This document shows, piece by piece, positions 47,521 through 57,824 of a stretch of 64,000 nt of DNA. Numbering within the stretch: the stretch's first letter is position 1; the number at the start of each line of letters is the position of its first letter. Source of the DNA: an uncultured Prevotellaceae bacterium (GTDB taxonomy: Bacteria; Bacteroidota; Bacteroidia; Bacteroidales; Bacteroidaceae); NCBI GenBank assembly GCA_902776665.1, contig CACYQZ010000002.1, positions 10,329-74,328 of the forward strand. Direction: 5' to 3'. The position numbers were made by a program, and so were the translations under genes. The notes below the pieces were generated by a model. It was not told where the DNA came from and ran no database searches. It was given only the letters and a program-made list of their open reading frames with translations.

Positions 47521-49008
47521 GTGGCACAGAAACTCATACAAACCCAACGGCAGGAACAAAAACTGCAGCAACGGCTTTCGCAGCAACAGATGTTGCAGGT
47601 GAAGTTGTTGGAAATGCCTTTGGCGGAGTTTGAGGAGAGCATCGCGATGGAAATCGACGACAATCCGGCGCTGGAAACGGTATCGACCGATGACGCTCTG
47701 TACGACGAGGAAAGGACGACCGACGAACAGGAGAGTTTCGAGGAGCAAACCGAGCGCGAGGAGCGTGAGGACGCGCTGGAAAAGGCGTTGGAGAACATCG
47801 GTCGCGACGACGAAATGCCCGCGACGTTCCATTCGGAGAACAATCGGAACGCCGACTACGAGGAGATGGTCTATGGCGACACAACCTCGTTCTACGACAA
47901 ACTGAAAGAGCAAATCGGCGAGCAGGAACTGAACGAGACGGAGCACGAGGTGATGGAATATCTCATCGGCTCGCTCGACGACGACGGTCTGCTGCGGAAA
48001 GACCTCGAAACCATCAGCGACGAGTTGGCGATTTACCATAACATTTACGTCTCATCCGACGATATTCTGATGATTCTCAAGAAGTTGCAAACGTTCGACC
48101 CACCCGGCATCGGAGCCCGTTCGTTACAGGAATGTTTGCTGTTGCAAATCGACCGAAAGCCGGCGAGTTGGGTGAAAACGCAACTCAAAAAGGTGTTTCG
48201 CGACCATTTCGATGCCTTTACGAAGAAACATTGGCGGAAAATTCAGGATGCGCTCGACCTCGGCGACGAGCAAGTGATAGAATTACAGGACGAAATCCGC
48301 AAACTGAACCCGAAACCTGGTGCTTCGCTCGGCGAAACGATGGGGCGGAGTCTGCAACAAATCACGCCCGACTTCATCGTCGATACGGCCGACGACGGCA
48401 CGGTGACCTTCGCGTTGAATCGCGGCAGTGTGCCCGAATTGAAAGTGTCGCCGTCGTTCACCGAGATGGTCGATGCCTACAAAAACAACCGCGATGGAAT
48501 GAGTCGCCAGACGAAAGAGGCACTGCTCTACGCGAAAGAAAAGGTCGATAAGGCGCAAGGCTTCATCGAGGCCGTGAAACAGCGTCGCCATACGCTCCAC
48601 ACGACGATGAAGGCCATCATCGACTGGCAGCGCAGTTTTTTCCAAGAGGGCGACGAGGCCGACCTGCGCCCGATGATTCTGAAGGACATCGCCGACAAGA
48701 CCGGCCTCGACATTTCGACGATTTCGCGTGTGTCGAACCAGAAATACGCCCAGACACGCTGGGGAACGTTTCCGCTGCGTTTCTTCTTCAGCGACGGCTA
48801 TGTGACCGACTCGGGCGAGGAACTTTCGACGCGGAAAATAAAGGTGGCGCTCAAGGAAATCATCGACGGCGAAGACAAGAAAAAACCACTGAGCGACGAG
48901 GCCCTCACGGCAAAAATGACCGAAAAAGGTTTTCCGATTGCCCGTCGCACCGTGGCGAAATATCGCGAGCAAATGGGAATCGCCGTGGCGAGGTTGAGGA
49001 AAGAATAA
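47521..49008 (+). CDS. rpoN: RNA polymerase sigma-54 factor
   Basis: Gln-rich region I; PPGIGARSLQECL; STISRVSN; RpoN box ARRTVAKYREQMGI. Confidence 0.96.
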   Translation: MAQKLIQTQRQEQKLQQRLSQQQMLQVKLLEMPLAEFEESIAMEIDDNPALETVSTDDALYDEERTTDEQESFEEQTEREEREDALEKALENIGRDDEMPATFHSENNRNADYEEMVYGDTTSFYDKLKEQIGEQELNETEHEVMEYLIGSLDDDGLLRKDLETISDELAIYHNIYVSSDDILMILKKLQTFDPPGIGARSLQECLLLQIDRKPASWVKTQLKKVFRDHFDAFTKKHWRKIQDALDLGDEQVIELQDEIRKLNPKPGASLGETMGRSLQQITPDFIVDTADDGTVTFALNRGSVPELKVSPSFTEMVDAYKNNRDGMSRQTKEALLYAKEKVDKAQGFIEAVKQRRHTLHTTMKAIIDWQRSFFQEGDEADLRPMILKDIADKTGLDISTISRVSNQKYAQTRWGTFPLRFFFSDGYVTDSGEELSTRKIKVALKEIIDGEDKKKPLSDEALTAKMTEKGFPIARRTVAKYREQMGIAVARLRKE

Positions 49009-49020
49009 AACAGGGAAAGT

Positions 49021-49653
49021 ATGCAAGAAAAAATATTGAACGAAAAGCAGTTGATGATAGCGGCGAGAACCGTGAGTATGGTTTTCACGCCGTTCTACCT
49101 CCCGTTGGTGGGATTGGTGGCACTGTTTGTGTTCAGCTATTTGAAGATGATGCCGTGGCAATTCAAATTGCTGGTGCTCTTGCAGGCCTATATCTTCACG
49201 ATTCTCTTGCCGACGCTGCTCATCCGCTTCTACCGCTTCACGCAGGGTTGGCATTCTCACGAAATCGGCACGAAAGAGCGGCGAATGGTGCCCTACATCA
49301 TCTCTGTCATCAGCTATTTCACGTGCTACTACACGATGAACGCCATCCACATTCCGCACGTCATCAGCGGCATTCTCTTGGCGGCGCTTTCCATTCAAAT
49401 CGTCTGCGCCATCATCAATGTCTGGTGGAAAATCTCGACTCATTCGGCGGCCATCGGCGGTTTTGCCGGCGCTCTCATCGCCTATTCGTTCAAGTGGTCG
49501 TTCAATCCCGTGTGGTGGCTCTGCTTGATTCTCATCGTGGCAGGATTGGTCGGCACGTCGCGGATGATTCTCCGACAGCACACGCTCGGGCAGGTGGTCG
49601 GCGGTTTTGGCGTCGGACTGGTTTGTGCGTTTGTGATGATATTGAGATTTTAA
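49021..49653 (+). CDS. Conserved membrane protein (PAP2-superfamily-like)
   Basis: ~6 TMs; ERRMVPY, WKISTHS, SRMILRQHTLGQV. Confidence 0.75.
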   Translation: MQEKILNEKQLMIAARTVSMVFTPFYLPLVGLVALFVFSYLKMMPWQFKLLVLLQAYIFTILLPTLLIRFYRFTQGWHSHEIGTKERRMVPYIISVISYFTCYYTMNAIHIPHVISGILLAALSIQIVCAIINVWWKISTHSAAIGGFAGALIAYSFKWSFNPVWWLCLILIVAGLVGTSRMILRQHTLGQVVGGFGVGLVCAFVMILRF

Positions 49654-49737
49654 AGTGAAGAGTGAAAAGTGTAGAGTGTAGAGTGAAGAATCTAATTTAT
49701 AAATTCAAAATTCAAAAATCAACATTCAAAATTTAAG
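49654..49737 (+). repeat. Twelve in-phase heptads that switch from AGTGAAG-type to ATTCAAA-type units
   Basis: AGTGAAG AGTGAAA AGTGTAG AGTGTAG AGTGAAG AATCTAA TTTATAA ATTCAAA ATTCAAA AATCAAC ATTCAAA ATTTAAG. Confidence 0.85.
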
Positions 49738-49741
49738 AAAT

Positions 49742-50836
49742 ATGACAGTAGATTTCCAAAAAATCCTGCCGCAGTTCAAACTGACGGGCGAGGTGGCCGA
49801 AGTGAAGCCTTTGGGCAACGGCCTGATTAACGACACTTACAGAGTGAAAACCGCATCGGCTGACACGCCCGACTATGTGCTTCAACGCATCAACAACGCC
49901 ATTTTCACGAATGTCGATTTGCTGCAGCACAACATCGAGGTGGTGACGCGCCACATCCGTAAAAAACTTGAGGAACGCGGTGAAGAAGACATTGACCGCA
50001 AGGTGCTGACATTCGTCGAAACCAACGACGGAAAGACCTTTTTCCACGACGACGAAGACCGCTATTGGCGTATGATGGTGTTCATTCCGGGGGCGCAGAC
50101 CTTCGAGACGGTGAACCCCGAGTACAGCTATTTGGCCGGTGTGGCTTTCGGCGACTTTGAAAAGATGCTCGTCGATGTGCCGGAGCCGCTTGGTGACACG
50201 ATTCCTGACTTCCACAATATGGAATTCCGTATGAAGCAGTTGCGCGAGGTCGTGGCGAAAGATCCTGTGGGGCGCGTGGCTGGTGTGAAGGACATTCTCG
50301 ACTTGTTCGAGCGCGATGCCGAGCGGATGTGTCAGGGTGAACGGCTGTTCCGCGAGGGAAAACTGCCGCGTCGCATCTGCCACTGCGATACGAAGGTAAA
50401 CAATATGATGTTCGATGCCGAAACAGGAAAATTCCTGCTTGTCATCGACCTCGACACGGTGATGCCGAGCCTGTTTTTCAGCGACTACGGCGATTTCCTG
50501 CGCTCTGCGGCCAACACGACCGCCGAGGACGACCCGAACCTCGACAATGTGGGCTTCAACGAGGAACTTTTCAAGGCATTCACCAAGGGTTATGTCGAGT
50601 CGGCAGGCGAATTCCTCACGCCGCTCGAAATCGAATTGCTGCCCTACGCCGTCGAGCTGTTCCCGTTCATGCAGTCTGTCCGATTCATGTGGGACTACCT
50701 CTCGGGCGACCACTATTGGAAGTGCAACTATCCCGAGCATAACCTCGACCGTGCGAAGAACCAGTTGCGACTCTATCAGGAGGCTTGCAAGCGTGAACCG
50801 ATGATGAAAGAGTTTATTGAAAGTTTGAAAAAATGA
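49742..50836 (+). CDS. APH-family sugar kinase (N-acetylhexosamine 1-kinase-like)
   Basis: LGNGLINDTY, YVLQRIN, TIPDFHN, CHCDTKVNN, VIDLDT. Confidence 0.85.
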   Translation: MTVDFQKILPQFKLTGEVAEVKPLGNGLINDTYRVKTASADTPDYVLQRINNAIFTNVDLLQHNIEVVTRHIRKKLEERGEEDIDRKVLTFVETNDGKTFFHDDEDRYWRMMVFIPGAQTFETVNPEYSYLAGVAFGDFEKMLVDVPEPLGDTIPDFHNMEFRMKQLREVVAKDPVGRVAGVKDILDLFERDAERMCQGERLFREGKLPRRICHCDTKVNNMMFDAETGKFLLVIDLDTVMPSLFFSDYGDFLRSAANTTAEDDPNLDNVGFNEELFKAFTKGYVESAGEFLTPLEIELLPYAVELFPFMQSVRFMWDYLSGDHYWKCNYPEHNLDRAKNQLRLYQEACKREPMMKEFIESLKK

Positions 50837-51543
50837 TTGTAAAAAAAATCCAGAATCAGCATGGGTTGCGGGCCGAAGAAGTGCCGCAACTCATGCTCAC
50901 CCACGGCGTGGAATACCAAAAAGTGGCGTGCGTGAACTGGCCGAAGGAATTTCCTTATGCGCCGAAGATGGAGGTGGCACTGGCGCACACGGGCGACAGC
51001 CTGCTCTTGCACTATCGTGTCGAGGAAGATTGCATCCGTGCCGCTGCCGAGGCCGATGGCGGTCGCGTTTGGGAAGATTCGTGCTGCGAAATATTCCTGC
51101 AACCCTCATCACCCATCACCCATCACCCAACACCCAACACTCATCACCCAACACCTTATTTTAATATAGAATGCAACTGCGCCGGCACGTTGCTCATCGG
51201 CAAGGGCGAAGACCGTCACGACCGTCAGCCCGCCACAGCCGCGACGTTGCAGTCGGCCAACCGTTGGTCGTCGCTGATGAAAACGGCTGTTTCGGGTGAA
51301 AATGGTCGCTATACGATTCCCTTGAAAAACGGAAAATTCACGTGGCACATGGCACTCGTCGTACCTGCCACCGCCCTGTTCGACAGCGGCATCACCGATT
51401 TTTCGGGTCAAACCCTGCGCGGCAACATCTACAAATGCGGCGATTGCCTCACCACGCCCCATTTCCTGTCGCTGTTCCCCATCGACACGCCGCAGCCCGA
51501 CTTCCATCGACCCGAATTTTTCGGGGAATTAACATTTGAATAA
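50833..51543 (+). CDS. Carbohydrate-binding family 9-like protein
   Basis: VNWPKEFPYAP, VWEDSCCEIF, NIYKCGD, PDFHRPEFF. Confidence 0.82.
   Translation: MIVKKIQNQHGLRAEEVPQLMLTHGVEYQKVACVNWPKEFPYAPKMEVALAHTGDSLLLHYRVEEDCIRAAAEADGGRVWEDSCCEIFLQPSSPITHHPTPNTHHPTPYFNIECNCAGTLLIGKGEDRHDRQPATAATLQSANRWSSLMKTAVSGENGRYTIPLKNGKFTWHMALVVPATALFDSGITDFSGQTLRGNIYKCGDCLTTPHFLSLFPIDTPQPDFHRPEFFGELTFE
51110..51158 (+). repeat. CACCCA(T/A) heptamer tract (x7) inside the CBM9-like gene
   Basis: cacccat cacccat cacccaa cacccaa cactcat cacccaa cacctta; encodes SPITHHPTPNTHHPTP. Confidence 0.9.
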
Positions 51544-51588
51544 TGTTTCTAACAAGGCAATTTTTCTATCAACAACAAAAAGACGAAT

Positions 51589-52758
51589 ATGCAACGAAGA
51601 AAAAGTACATTGGTTCACGTTGGAAACCTGACGATTGGCGGCGATGCGCCTGTGCGCGTGCAGTCGATGGCGACGGTTTCGACGCTCGACACGGAAAACG
51701 CTGTGGCTCAGGCGATTAGAATCATTGAGGCAGGTGGCGAACTCGTGCGTTTCACCACGCAAGGCACACGCGAGGCGGAGAACCTGCGCAACATCAAGGC
51801 CGAACTCGTGAAACGGGGTTACGACACGCCGATTGTCGCCGATGTGCATTTCAACGCGAATGTGGCCGATGTGGCGGCGCTGTATGCCGACAAGGTTCGC
51901 ATCAACCCCGGAAACTACGTCGATCCGGCCCGAAAATTCGATAAAATCGACTATACCGACGAGGAATATGCCGAGGAATTGATGAAAATCGAGCATCGCC
52001 TCGTGCCGTTTTTGAACCTCTGTCGCGAGCACAAGACGGCCATTCGCATCGGTGTGAATCACGGTTCGCTTTCAGATAGAATTATGTCGCGCTACGGCGA
52101 TACGCCCGAGGGCATCGTCGAAAGTTGTATGGAATTTCTGCGCATCTGCCAGCGTGAGCGGTTCGACGATGTGGTGGTGTCAATCAAGGCGTCGAACACG
52201 GTGGTGATGGTTCATTCGGTGCGCCTGCTCGTCAAGGCGATGGACACGGAGGATATGCACTATCCGCTGCACCTCGGCGTGACGGAGGCTGGCGAGGGCG
52301 AAGACGGGAGAATCAAGTCGGCGGTGGGCATAGGAGCGTTGTTGGCCGACGGCATCGGCGACACGATTCGCGTCAGTCTTTCCGAAGAGCCGGAGGCGGA
52401 AATCCCCGTCGCTTACGCCATTCTACAAGCCGCTCGTCTGCGCATCACGAAGACCGAATACATTTCGTGTCCGGGTTGCGGTCGCACACTCTACAATCTG
52501 CAGGAAACCATCGCCCGTGTAAAAGCGGCGACGAGCCATTTGGTCGGTCTGAAAATCGCCATTATGGGCTGCATTGTGAACGGTCCGGGCGAGATGGCCG
52601 ATGCCGATTATGGCTATGTCGGGGCTGGACTGGGGCGCATCAGCCTCTACAAAGGAAAAGAATGTGTCGAAAAGAATATTCCGGAGGCAGAGGCCGTAGA
52701 ACGACTGCTGCAACTCATCGAAACAGATCAGGAAAATAACAATAATGCAATAGCATGA
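51589..52758 (+). CDS. ispG: (E)-4-hydroxy-3-methylbut-2-enyl diphosphate synthase (short form)
   Basis: VQSM, VADVHF, RINPGN, RIGVNHGSL, HLGVTEAG, SCPGCGR, MGCIVNGPGE. Confidence 0.96.
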   Translation: MQRRKSTLVHVGNLTIGGDAPVRVQSMATVSTLDTENAVAQAIRIIEAGGELVRFTTQGTREAENLRNIKAELVKRGYDTPIVADVHFNANVADVAALYADKVRINPGNYVDPARKFDKIDYTDEEYAEELMKIEHRLVPFLNLCREHKTAIRIGVNHGSLSDRIMSRYGDTPEGIVESCMEFLRICQRERFDDVVVSIKASNTVVMVHSVRLLVKAMDTEDMHYPLHLGVTEAGEGEDGRIKSAVGIGALLADGIGDTIRVSLSEEPEAEIPVAYAILQAARLRITKTEYISCPGCGRTLYNLQETIARVKAATSHLVGLKIAIMGCIVNGPGEMADADYGYVGAGLGRISLYKGKECVEKNIPEAEAVERLLQLIETDQENNNNAIA

Positions 52759-53711
52759 TGTTTTCTTCATATATTCCCAATCCGCATCGCTATGACCTCA
52801 GCGACCAAATCTATCGTCGTTGCGGTCGTTCTGGCGTTTTGCTGCCCAAGGTGTCATTAGGATTTTGGCATAATTTCGGGTCGGAAGATCCCTACGACCG
52901 CAGTCGTGCCATCACACATTATGCCTTCGACCACGGCATCACCCATTTCGACTTGGCCAACAACTACGGACCGCCATACGGTTCTGCGGAGGAAACTTTC
53001 GGGCGACTGATGCAAGACGATTTCCGTGGGTATCGCGACGAACTTTTCATTGCCACGAAAGCAGGTTACGACATGTGGTCAGGTCCTTATGGCAACTGGG
53101 GTTCACGCAAATATCTCATGGCTTCGATAGACCAGTCGCTCAAGCGGATGAAACTCGACTATGTGGATCTTTTCTACAGCCATCGCTATGACCCTCTGAC
53201 ACCACTTGAAGAAACGCTTCAAGCCCTCGTCGATATTGTGCGTTCTGGCAAGGCTCTGTACGTTGGTATTTCACGATGGCCACTTGAGGCATTGCAGTTT
53301 GCCGATGAATATCTGCGCAAGCGCGATGTGCCGCCACTCGTCTATCAAGGTCGGTTGAACATGCTCGACCGCGAACCGCAAGAAAGCGGCGTTCTCGACT
53401 ATTGCGAAAGGCACGGCATCGGATTTATTTCTTTCTCGCCACTTGCACAAGGACTGCTCACCGACCGCTATCTCACGGGCGTCCCCGACGATTCGCGCAT
53501 GGCAAAAAATCGCTCTCTGAAGCCCGACAGACTCACACCAGAACTGCTCAAAAACTTGCGTGAATGGAATGCGGAGGCAGAAAGTCAGCACCGCACGCTG
53601 GCCGAACACGCCATCCGATGGACACTTGACCAACACGGTGTGACATCGGCACTCGTCGGAGCCAGTAGCGTAAAACAACTGGCGCAAAACCTTCAAGCAA
53701 CCCTCGGATAA
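52755..53711 (+). CDS. Aldo/keto reductase (YghZ/MgrA-like)
   Basis: SLGFWHNFG, FDLANNYGPP.GSAE, KAGYDMW, YSHRYD, FSPLAQGLL. Confidence 0.9.
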   Translation: MMFSSYIPNPHRYDLSDQIYRRCGRSGVLLPKVSLGFWHNFGSEDPYDRSRAITHYAFDHGITHFDLANNYGPPYGSAEETFGRLMQDDFRGYRDELFIATKAGYDMWSGPYGNWGSRKYLMASIDQSLKRMKLDYVDLFYSHRYDPLTPLEETLQALVDIVRSGKALYVGISRWPLEALQFADEYLRKRDVPPLVYQGRLNMLDREPQESGVLDYCERHGIGFISFSPLAQGLLTDRYLTGVPDDSRMAKNRSLKPDRLTPELLKNLREWNAEAESQHRTLAEHAIRWTLDQHGVTSALVGASSVKQLAQNLQATLG

Positions 53712-53728
53712 ACCATTTTACCCTGTTA

Positions 53729-54367
53729 GTGATGAAAAGAATCCTTCTCCTGCTCACCATTTGCCTCGTCGGAATGACTTCTGTCGCTCAAAACAATCGT
53801 CAGGAAAATCCCGAAGACCGACGAGTCGATATGGACTCGCCGACCTTCCAGCCGATGGTGAAGGTAGGAAAGGCGCTTGTCGAGGGCGATTCGATTCAGT
53901 ATGTCGAGATGCAGAACATCTACGTCTATCCGACCACGACCTTCAAAAACGAGAAGCAGCGACAGCAGTACAACCGATTGGTGTATAACGTGAAAAAAGT
54001 GCTGCCGATTGCGAAGGAATGTAACGTGATTATCCGCGAAACCTACGAATATCTGCAAACTTTGCCCGACAAAAAGGCTCGCGACGAACATTTGAAACTC
54101 GTTGAGGCCGACATCAAGCGCACCTACACGCCGCGAATGAAAAAACTCACTTATTCGCAGGGCAAACTACTCATCAAACTCGTCGATCGCGAGTGCCACA
54201 GCACATCCTACGGCCTCATCCAAGCCATTCTCGGCCCCGTGAAAGCCGGTTTCTACCAGGCTTTTGCGTGGCTCTACGGTGCGTCGCTCAAAAAACAATA
54301 CGACCCCGAAGGCGTCGATCGCCTCACCGAGCGCATCGTGCAGCAAGTCGAGAGTGGGCAACTTTGA
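53729..54367 (+). CDS. DUF4294-like exported protein
   Basis: Signal peptide; YNRLVYNVKKVLP; LTYSQGKLLIKLVDRE; FAWLYGASLK. Confidence 0.8.
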   Translation: MMKRILLLLTICLVGMTSVAQNNRQENPEDRRVDMDSPTFQPMVKVGKALVEGDSIQYVEMQNIYVYPTTTFKNEKQRQQYNRLVYNVKKVLPIAKECNVIIRETYEYLQTLPDKKARDEHLKLVEADIKRTYTPRMKKLTYSQGKLLIKLVDRECHSTSYGLIQAILGPVKAGFYQAFAWLYGASLKKQYDPEGVDRLTERIVQQVESGQL

Positions 54368-54408
54368 ATAAAAATTACTTTTCGCTGATTTTTTCCATAA
54401 ATTATTCG

Positions 54409-54416
54409 TACCTTTG
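54409..54416 (+). promoter_or_regulatory. -7 element (TACCTTTG) for metG
   Basis: Exact TAnnTTTG 30 nt upstream of the ATG at 54447. Confidence 0.65.
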
Positions 54417-54446
54417 CACCCTGAAAATCAAAAATGCAAAGGAAAT

Positions 54447-56510
54447 ATGGAAAAAAGAAGTTATAAGCGGACGACCGTGACGGCTGCGTTGCCTTATGCA
54501 AACGGCGGCGTACACATCGGACACCTCGCGGGCGTTTACGTGCCTGCCGACATTTATGTGCGCTATCTGAGGCTGAAAAAACAGGATGTGATGTACGTTT
54601 GCGGAAGTGATGAACACGGTGTTCCCATCACGATTCGTGCCCGAAAAGAGGGCATCACGCCGCAGGATGTGGTCGATCGCTACCACGAACTCATCAAGAA
54701 GAGTTTTGCGGATTTCGGCATCTCGTTCGACATCTACAGTCGCACGACGAGCAAAACCCACCACCAATTTGCCTCTGATTTCTTCAAAAAACTCTACGAA
54801 GAGGGCAAACTGACGGAGGAAACCACGACGCAACTCTACGACGAGGAGGCGAAGCAGTTTCTGGCCGACCGTTACGTGACGGGCGAATGTCCGCACTGCC
54901 ACAACGAGGGTGCTTACGGCGACCAATGCGAAAAATGCGGTCGCGACCTCTCGCCGACGGAATTGATTAACCCGAAATCGACCATCAGTGGCTCGACACC
55001 CGTGCTGAAAGAGACGAAAAACTGGTATCTGCCGCTGAACGAATACCAGACGTGGCTGCGCGAGTGGATTCTCGACGGTCACAAGGAATGGCGCTCGAAC
55101 GTTTATGGACAGTGCCGTTCGTGGCTGGATATGGACTTGCAGCCGCGTGCGATGACGCGCGACCTGGACTGGGGTATTCCCGTGCCCGTCGAGGGTGCCG
55201 ACGGAAAGGTGCTCTACGTGTGGTTCGACGCGCCCATTGGCTACGTTTCCAACACGAAGGAACTCTGCGAAAAAGAGCCCGAAAAATGGGGTTCGTGGCA
55301 GCGTTGGTGGCAGGATGAAGACACGCGACTCGTCCATTTCATCGGTAAAGATAACATCGTGTTCCACTGCATCATCTTCCCCGTGATGATGAAGGCGCAC
55401 GGACAGTATATTATGCCCGACAACGTGCCGTCGAACGAGTTTTTGAACCTCGAAAACGACAAAATTTCGACGTCGCGCAACTGGGCGATTTGGTTGCACG
55501 AATATTTGGTCGATTTCCCTGGAAAACAGGACGTTTTGCGCTATGTTCTGACGGCCAATGCGCCCGAAACAAAGGACAACAACTTCACTTGGCGCGATTT
55601 TCAGGAGCGTAACAATTCCGAACTCGTCGCCATCTATGGCAACTTCGTGAACCGTGCCCTGCAACTCACGAAAAAATACTGGAACGGCGTTGTTCCCGAG
55701 TGTGGCGAACTGACCGACGTGGAAATTCGCACCATCGAGGAATTCAAGGATGTGAAGCAGAAAGTGGAAACGCTGCTCGACCAGTTTAAGTTCCGCGAGG
55801 CGCAATTCGAGGCGATGAACCTCGCCCGAATCGGCAACCGCTACATCACCGAGTGCGAGCCGTGGAAGGTGTGGAAGGAAGACCCGAAGCGTTGCGAAAC
55901 CATCCTCAACCTCTCGCTGCAACTGACGGCCAATCTCGCCATCGCGTTCGAGCCGTTCCTGCCGTTCTCGTCGAAGAAATTGCGCGAAATGCTGAATTTG
56001 GCTGATTTCGATTGGAACCAACTCGGACAAACCGACATTCTGAAGCCTGGTCATCAGTTGGCAGAGCCGGAATTGCTCTTCGAGAAAATCGAGGATGAGG
56101 CCATCGAACGACAGTTGCAACGCCTCGAAGACATCAAGAAAATGAACGAAATGGCGCAGCATCAGCCCGAACCCGTGAAACCGAACGTCACGTTCGACGA
56201 TTTCGAGAAACTCGACATTCGTGTGGGTCGCGTCGTGACGTGCGAACAGGTGAAAAAATCGAAGAAACTGCTGCAATTAAGCATCGACGACGGCACTGGC
56301 ACGCCGCGCACGATTCTCTCGGGCATCGCACAATGGTGGCAGCCCGAGCAATTAGTTGGCAAAGACGTGTTGTTCATCGCCAATTTCGAACCCCGAAAAA
56401 TCATGGGCATTGAAAGTCAGGGAATGATTCTCTCGGCCGTCGATGCCGACGGTTCGCTGGCCGTCACGTCGCTGTTGCGCGAGGTGAAGCCCGGCTCGCA
56501 AGTCGGATAA
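54447..56510 (+). CDS. metG: Methionine--tRNA ligase
   Basis: [13 protein letters not shown]; Zn knuckle CPHC/CEKC; KISTSRN; C-terminal tRNA-binding domain. Start set at MEKRS. Confidence 0.98.
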   Translation: MEKRSYKRTTVTAALPYANGGVHIGHLAGVYVPADIYVRYLRLKKQDVMYVCGSDEHGVPITIRARKEGITPQDVVDRYHELIKKSFADFGISFDIYSRTTSKTHHQFASDFFKKLYEEGKLTEETTTQLYDEEAKQFLADRYVTGECPHCHNEGAYGDQCEKCGRDLSPTELINPKSTISGSTPVLKETKNWYLPLNEYQTWLREWILDGHKEWRSNVYGQCRSWLDMDLQPRAMTRDLDWGIPVPVEGADGKVLYVWFDAPIGYVSNTKELCEKEPEKWGSWQRWWQDEDTRLVHFIGKDNIVFHCIIFPVMMKAHGQYIMPDNVPSNEFLNLENDKISTSRNWAIWLHEYLVDFPGKQDVLRYVLTANAPETKDNNFTWRDFQERNNSELVAIYGNFVNRALQLTKKYWNGVVPECGELTDVEIRTIEEFKDVKQKVETLLDQFKFREAQFEAMNLARIGNRYITECEPWKVWKEDPKRCETILNLSLQLTANLAIAFEPFLPFSSKKLREMLNLADFDWNQLGQTDILKPGHQLAEPELLFEKIEDEAIERQLQRLEDIKKMNEMAQHQPEPVKPNVTFDDFEKLDIRVGRVVTCEQVKKSKKLLQLSIDDGTGTPRTILSGIAQWWQPEQLVGKDVLFIANFEPRKIMGIESQGMILSAVDADGSLAVTSLLREVKPGSQVG

Positions 56511-56549
56511 CTTGACAGTTGTTAATTGTTAATTGAAAATTGAAAATTA
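56511..56549 (+). repeat. TTG(T/A)(T/A)AA heptamer tract filling the metG-metK gap
   Basis: ttgacag ttgttaa ttgttaa ttgaaaa ttgaaaa ttaa. Confidence 0.75.
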
Positions 56550-56551
56550 AA

Positions 56552-57811
56552 ATGGCATATTTATTCACATCAGAATCAGTTTCGGAAGGCCATCCCGACA
56601 AGGTGGCCGACCAGATTAGCGACGCAATCTTAGACCAGTTTCTCGCCTACGACGAGAACGCCCGTTGCGCCGTGGAATCGTTCGTGACGACGGGTCAAGT
56701 CGTCATCATGGGCGAAGTTCGTTCGGAGGCTTACATCGACTTGCAGACGATGGCCCGCCGAACCATCAACAAAATCGGCTACACGAAGTCGGAATACCAA
56801 TTCGACGGCAATTCCTGCGGTATTCTCACCGCCATTCACGAGCAGAGTGCCGACATCAATCGCGGTGTCGATCGCGCCAACGAGGAAGAGCAGGGTGCAG
56901 GCGACCAAGGTATGATGTTCGGCTACGCGACGAACGAAACCGACACTTACATGCCCGTTTCGCTGCATCTGGCGCATTTGCTGATGCAGGAACTGGCTGA
57001 AATTCGTCGCGAAGGTCGCGAAATGACCTATCTGCGCCCCGACTCGAAGAGTCAGGTGACGGTTGAATACAGCGACGAAGGCATTCCGCAGCGCATCGAC
57101 ACCATTGTCGTTTCGACGCAGCACGACGAATTCGACAGCGACGACGAGCGCATGCTGGCGAAAATCAAGGCCGACGTCATCAACATCCTTATTCCGCGAG
57201 TGAAAGCGAAGTGCGAGGCGAAAATTCTGGCCTTGTTCAACGATGAAATCGTCTTCCACGTGAACCCGACGGGCAAGTTCGTCATCGGCGGACCCCACGG
57301 CGACACGGGTTTGACAGGTCGAAAAATCATCGTCGATACCTACGGCGGCAAGGGCGCTCACGGCGGCGGTGCCTTTTCGGGCAAAGATTCGTCGAAAGTC
57401 GATCGCTCGGCGGCATACGCAGCGCGTTGGATTGCGAAAAACATGGTGGCAGCCGGCGTGGCCGACGAAATGCTCGTGCAGGTGAGTTACGCCATCGGCG
57501 TGGCCGAGCCCGTGAGCATCTACGTGAACACCTACGGACGCTCGAAAGTCGGTATGAGCGACGGCGAAATCGCCCTGAAAATCAAGGAACTATTCGACCT
57601 GCGCCCGAAAGCCATCGAGCGACAGTTGAAACTGCGCCAACCGATGTATCTCGAGACGGCAGCCTACGGTCACATGGGTCGCAAGAACGAAATCGTGGAA
57701 AAAACCTTCACGAGCAACTATCACGAGACCAAAACCATCCCCGTCGAACTTTTCACGTGGGAAAAACTCGACTGCATCGACACCATCAGAAAGGCATTCC
57801 AACTGAATTGA
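56552..57811 (+). CDS. metK: S-adenosylmethionine synthetase
   Basis: [41 protein letters not shown]. Confidence 0.98.
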   Translation: MAYLFTSESVSEGHPDKVADQISDAILDQFLAYDENARCAVESFVTTGQVVIMGEVRSEAYIDLQTMARRTINKIGYTKSEYQFDGNSCGILTAIHEQSADINRGVDRANEEEQGAGDQGMMFGYATNETDTYMPVSLHLAHLLMQELAEIRREGREMTYLRPDSKSQVTVEYSDEGIPQRIDTIVVSTQHDEFDSDDERMLAKIKADVINILIPRVKAKCEAKILALFNDEIVFHVNPTGKFVIGGPHGDTGLTGRKIIVDTYGGKGAHGGGAFSGKDSSKVDRSAAYAARWIAKNMVAAGVADEMLVQVSYAIGVAEPVSIYVNTYGRSKVGMSDGEIALKIKELFDLRPKAIERQLKLRQPMYLETAAYGHMGRKNEIVEKTFTSNYHETKTIPVELFTWEKLDCIDTIRKAFQLN

Positions 57812-57824
57812 GCGCGACGGCACC

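Noticed and set aside
54414-54446. Longer starts in the ORF track for metG, leuS (39686), the Omp28 lipoprotein (41707), sod (61324), PAP2 (25910), the SDR (26925), metK (56540) and rdgB (35784)
   Set aside because: The extensions overlap promoters, repeats or neighbouring genes. Downstream ATGs give the conserved N-termini or signal peptides.
54402-56276. 624-aa ORF antisense to metG, and similar long antisense ORFs over fabF, leuS, mutS, ychF, rpoN and the TBDR
   Set aside because: They mirror well-conserved genes codon for codon and have no recognisable motifs or own promoters. This is the expected shadow of biased codon usage.
56511-56551. SAM riboswitch upstream of metK
   Set aside because: The 41-nt gap is filled by heptamer repeats and has no SAM-I or SAM-II consensus.
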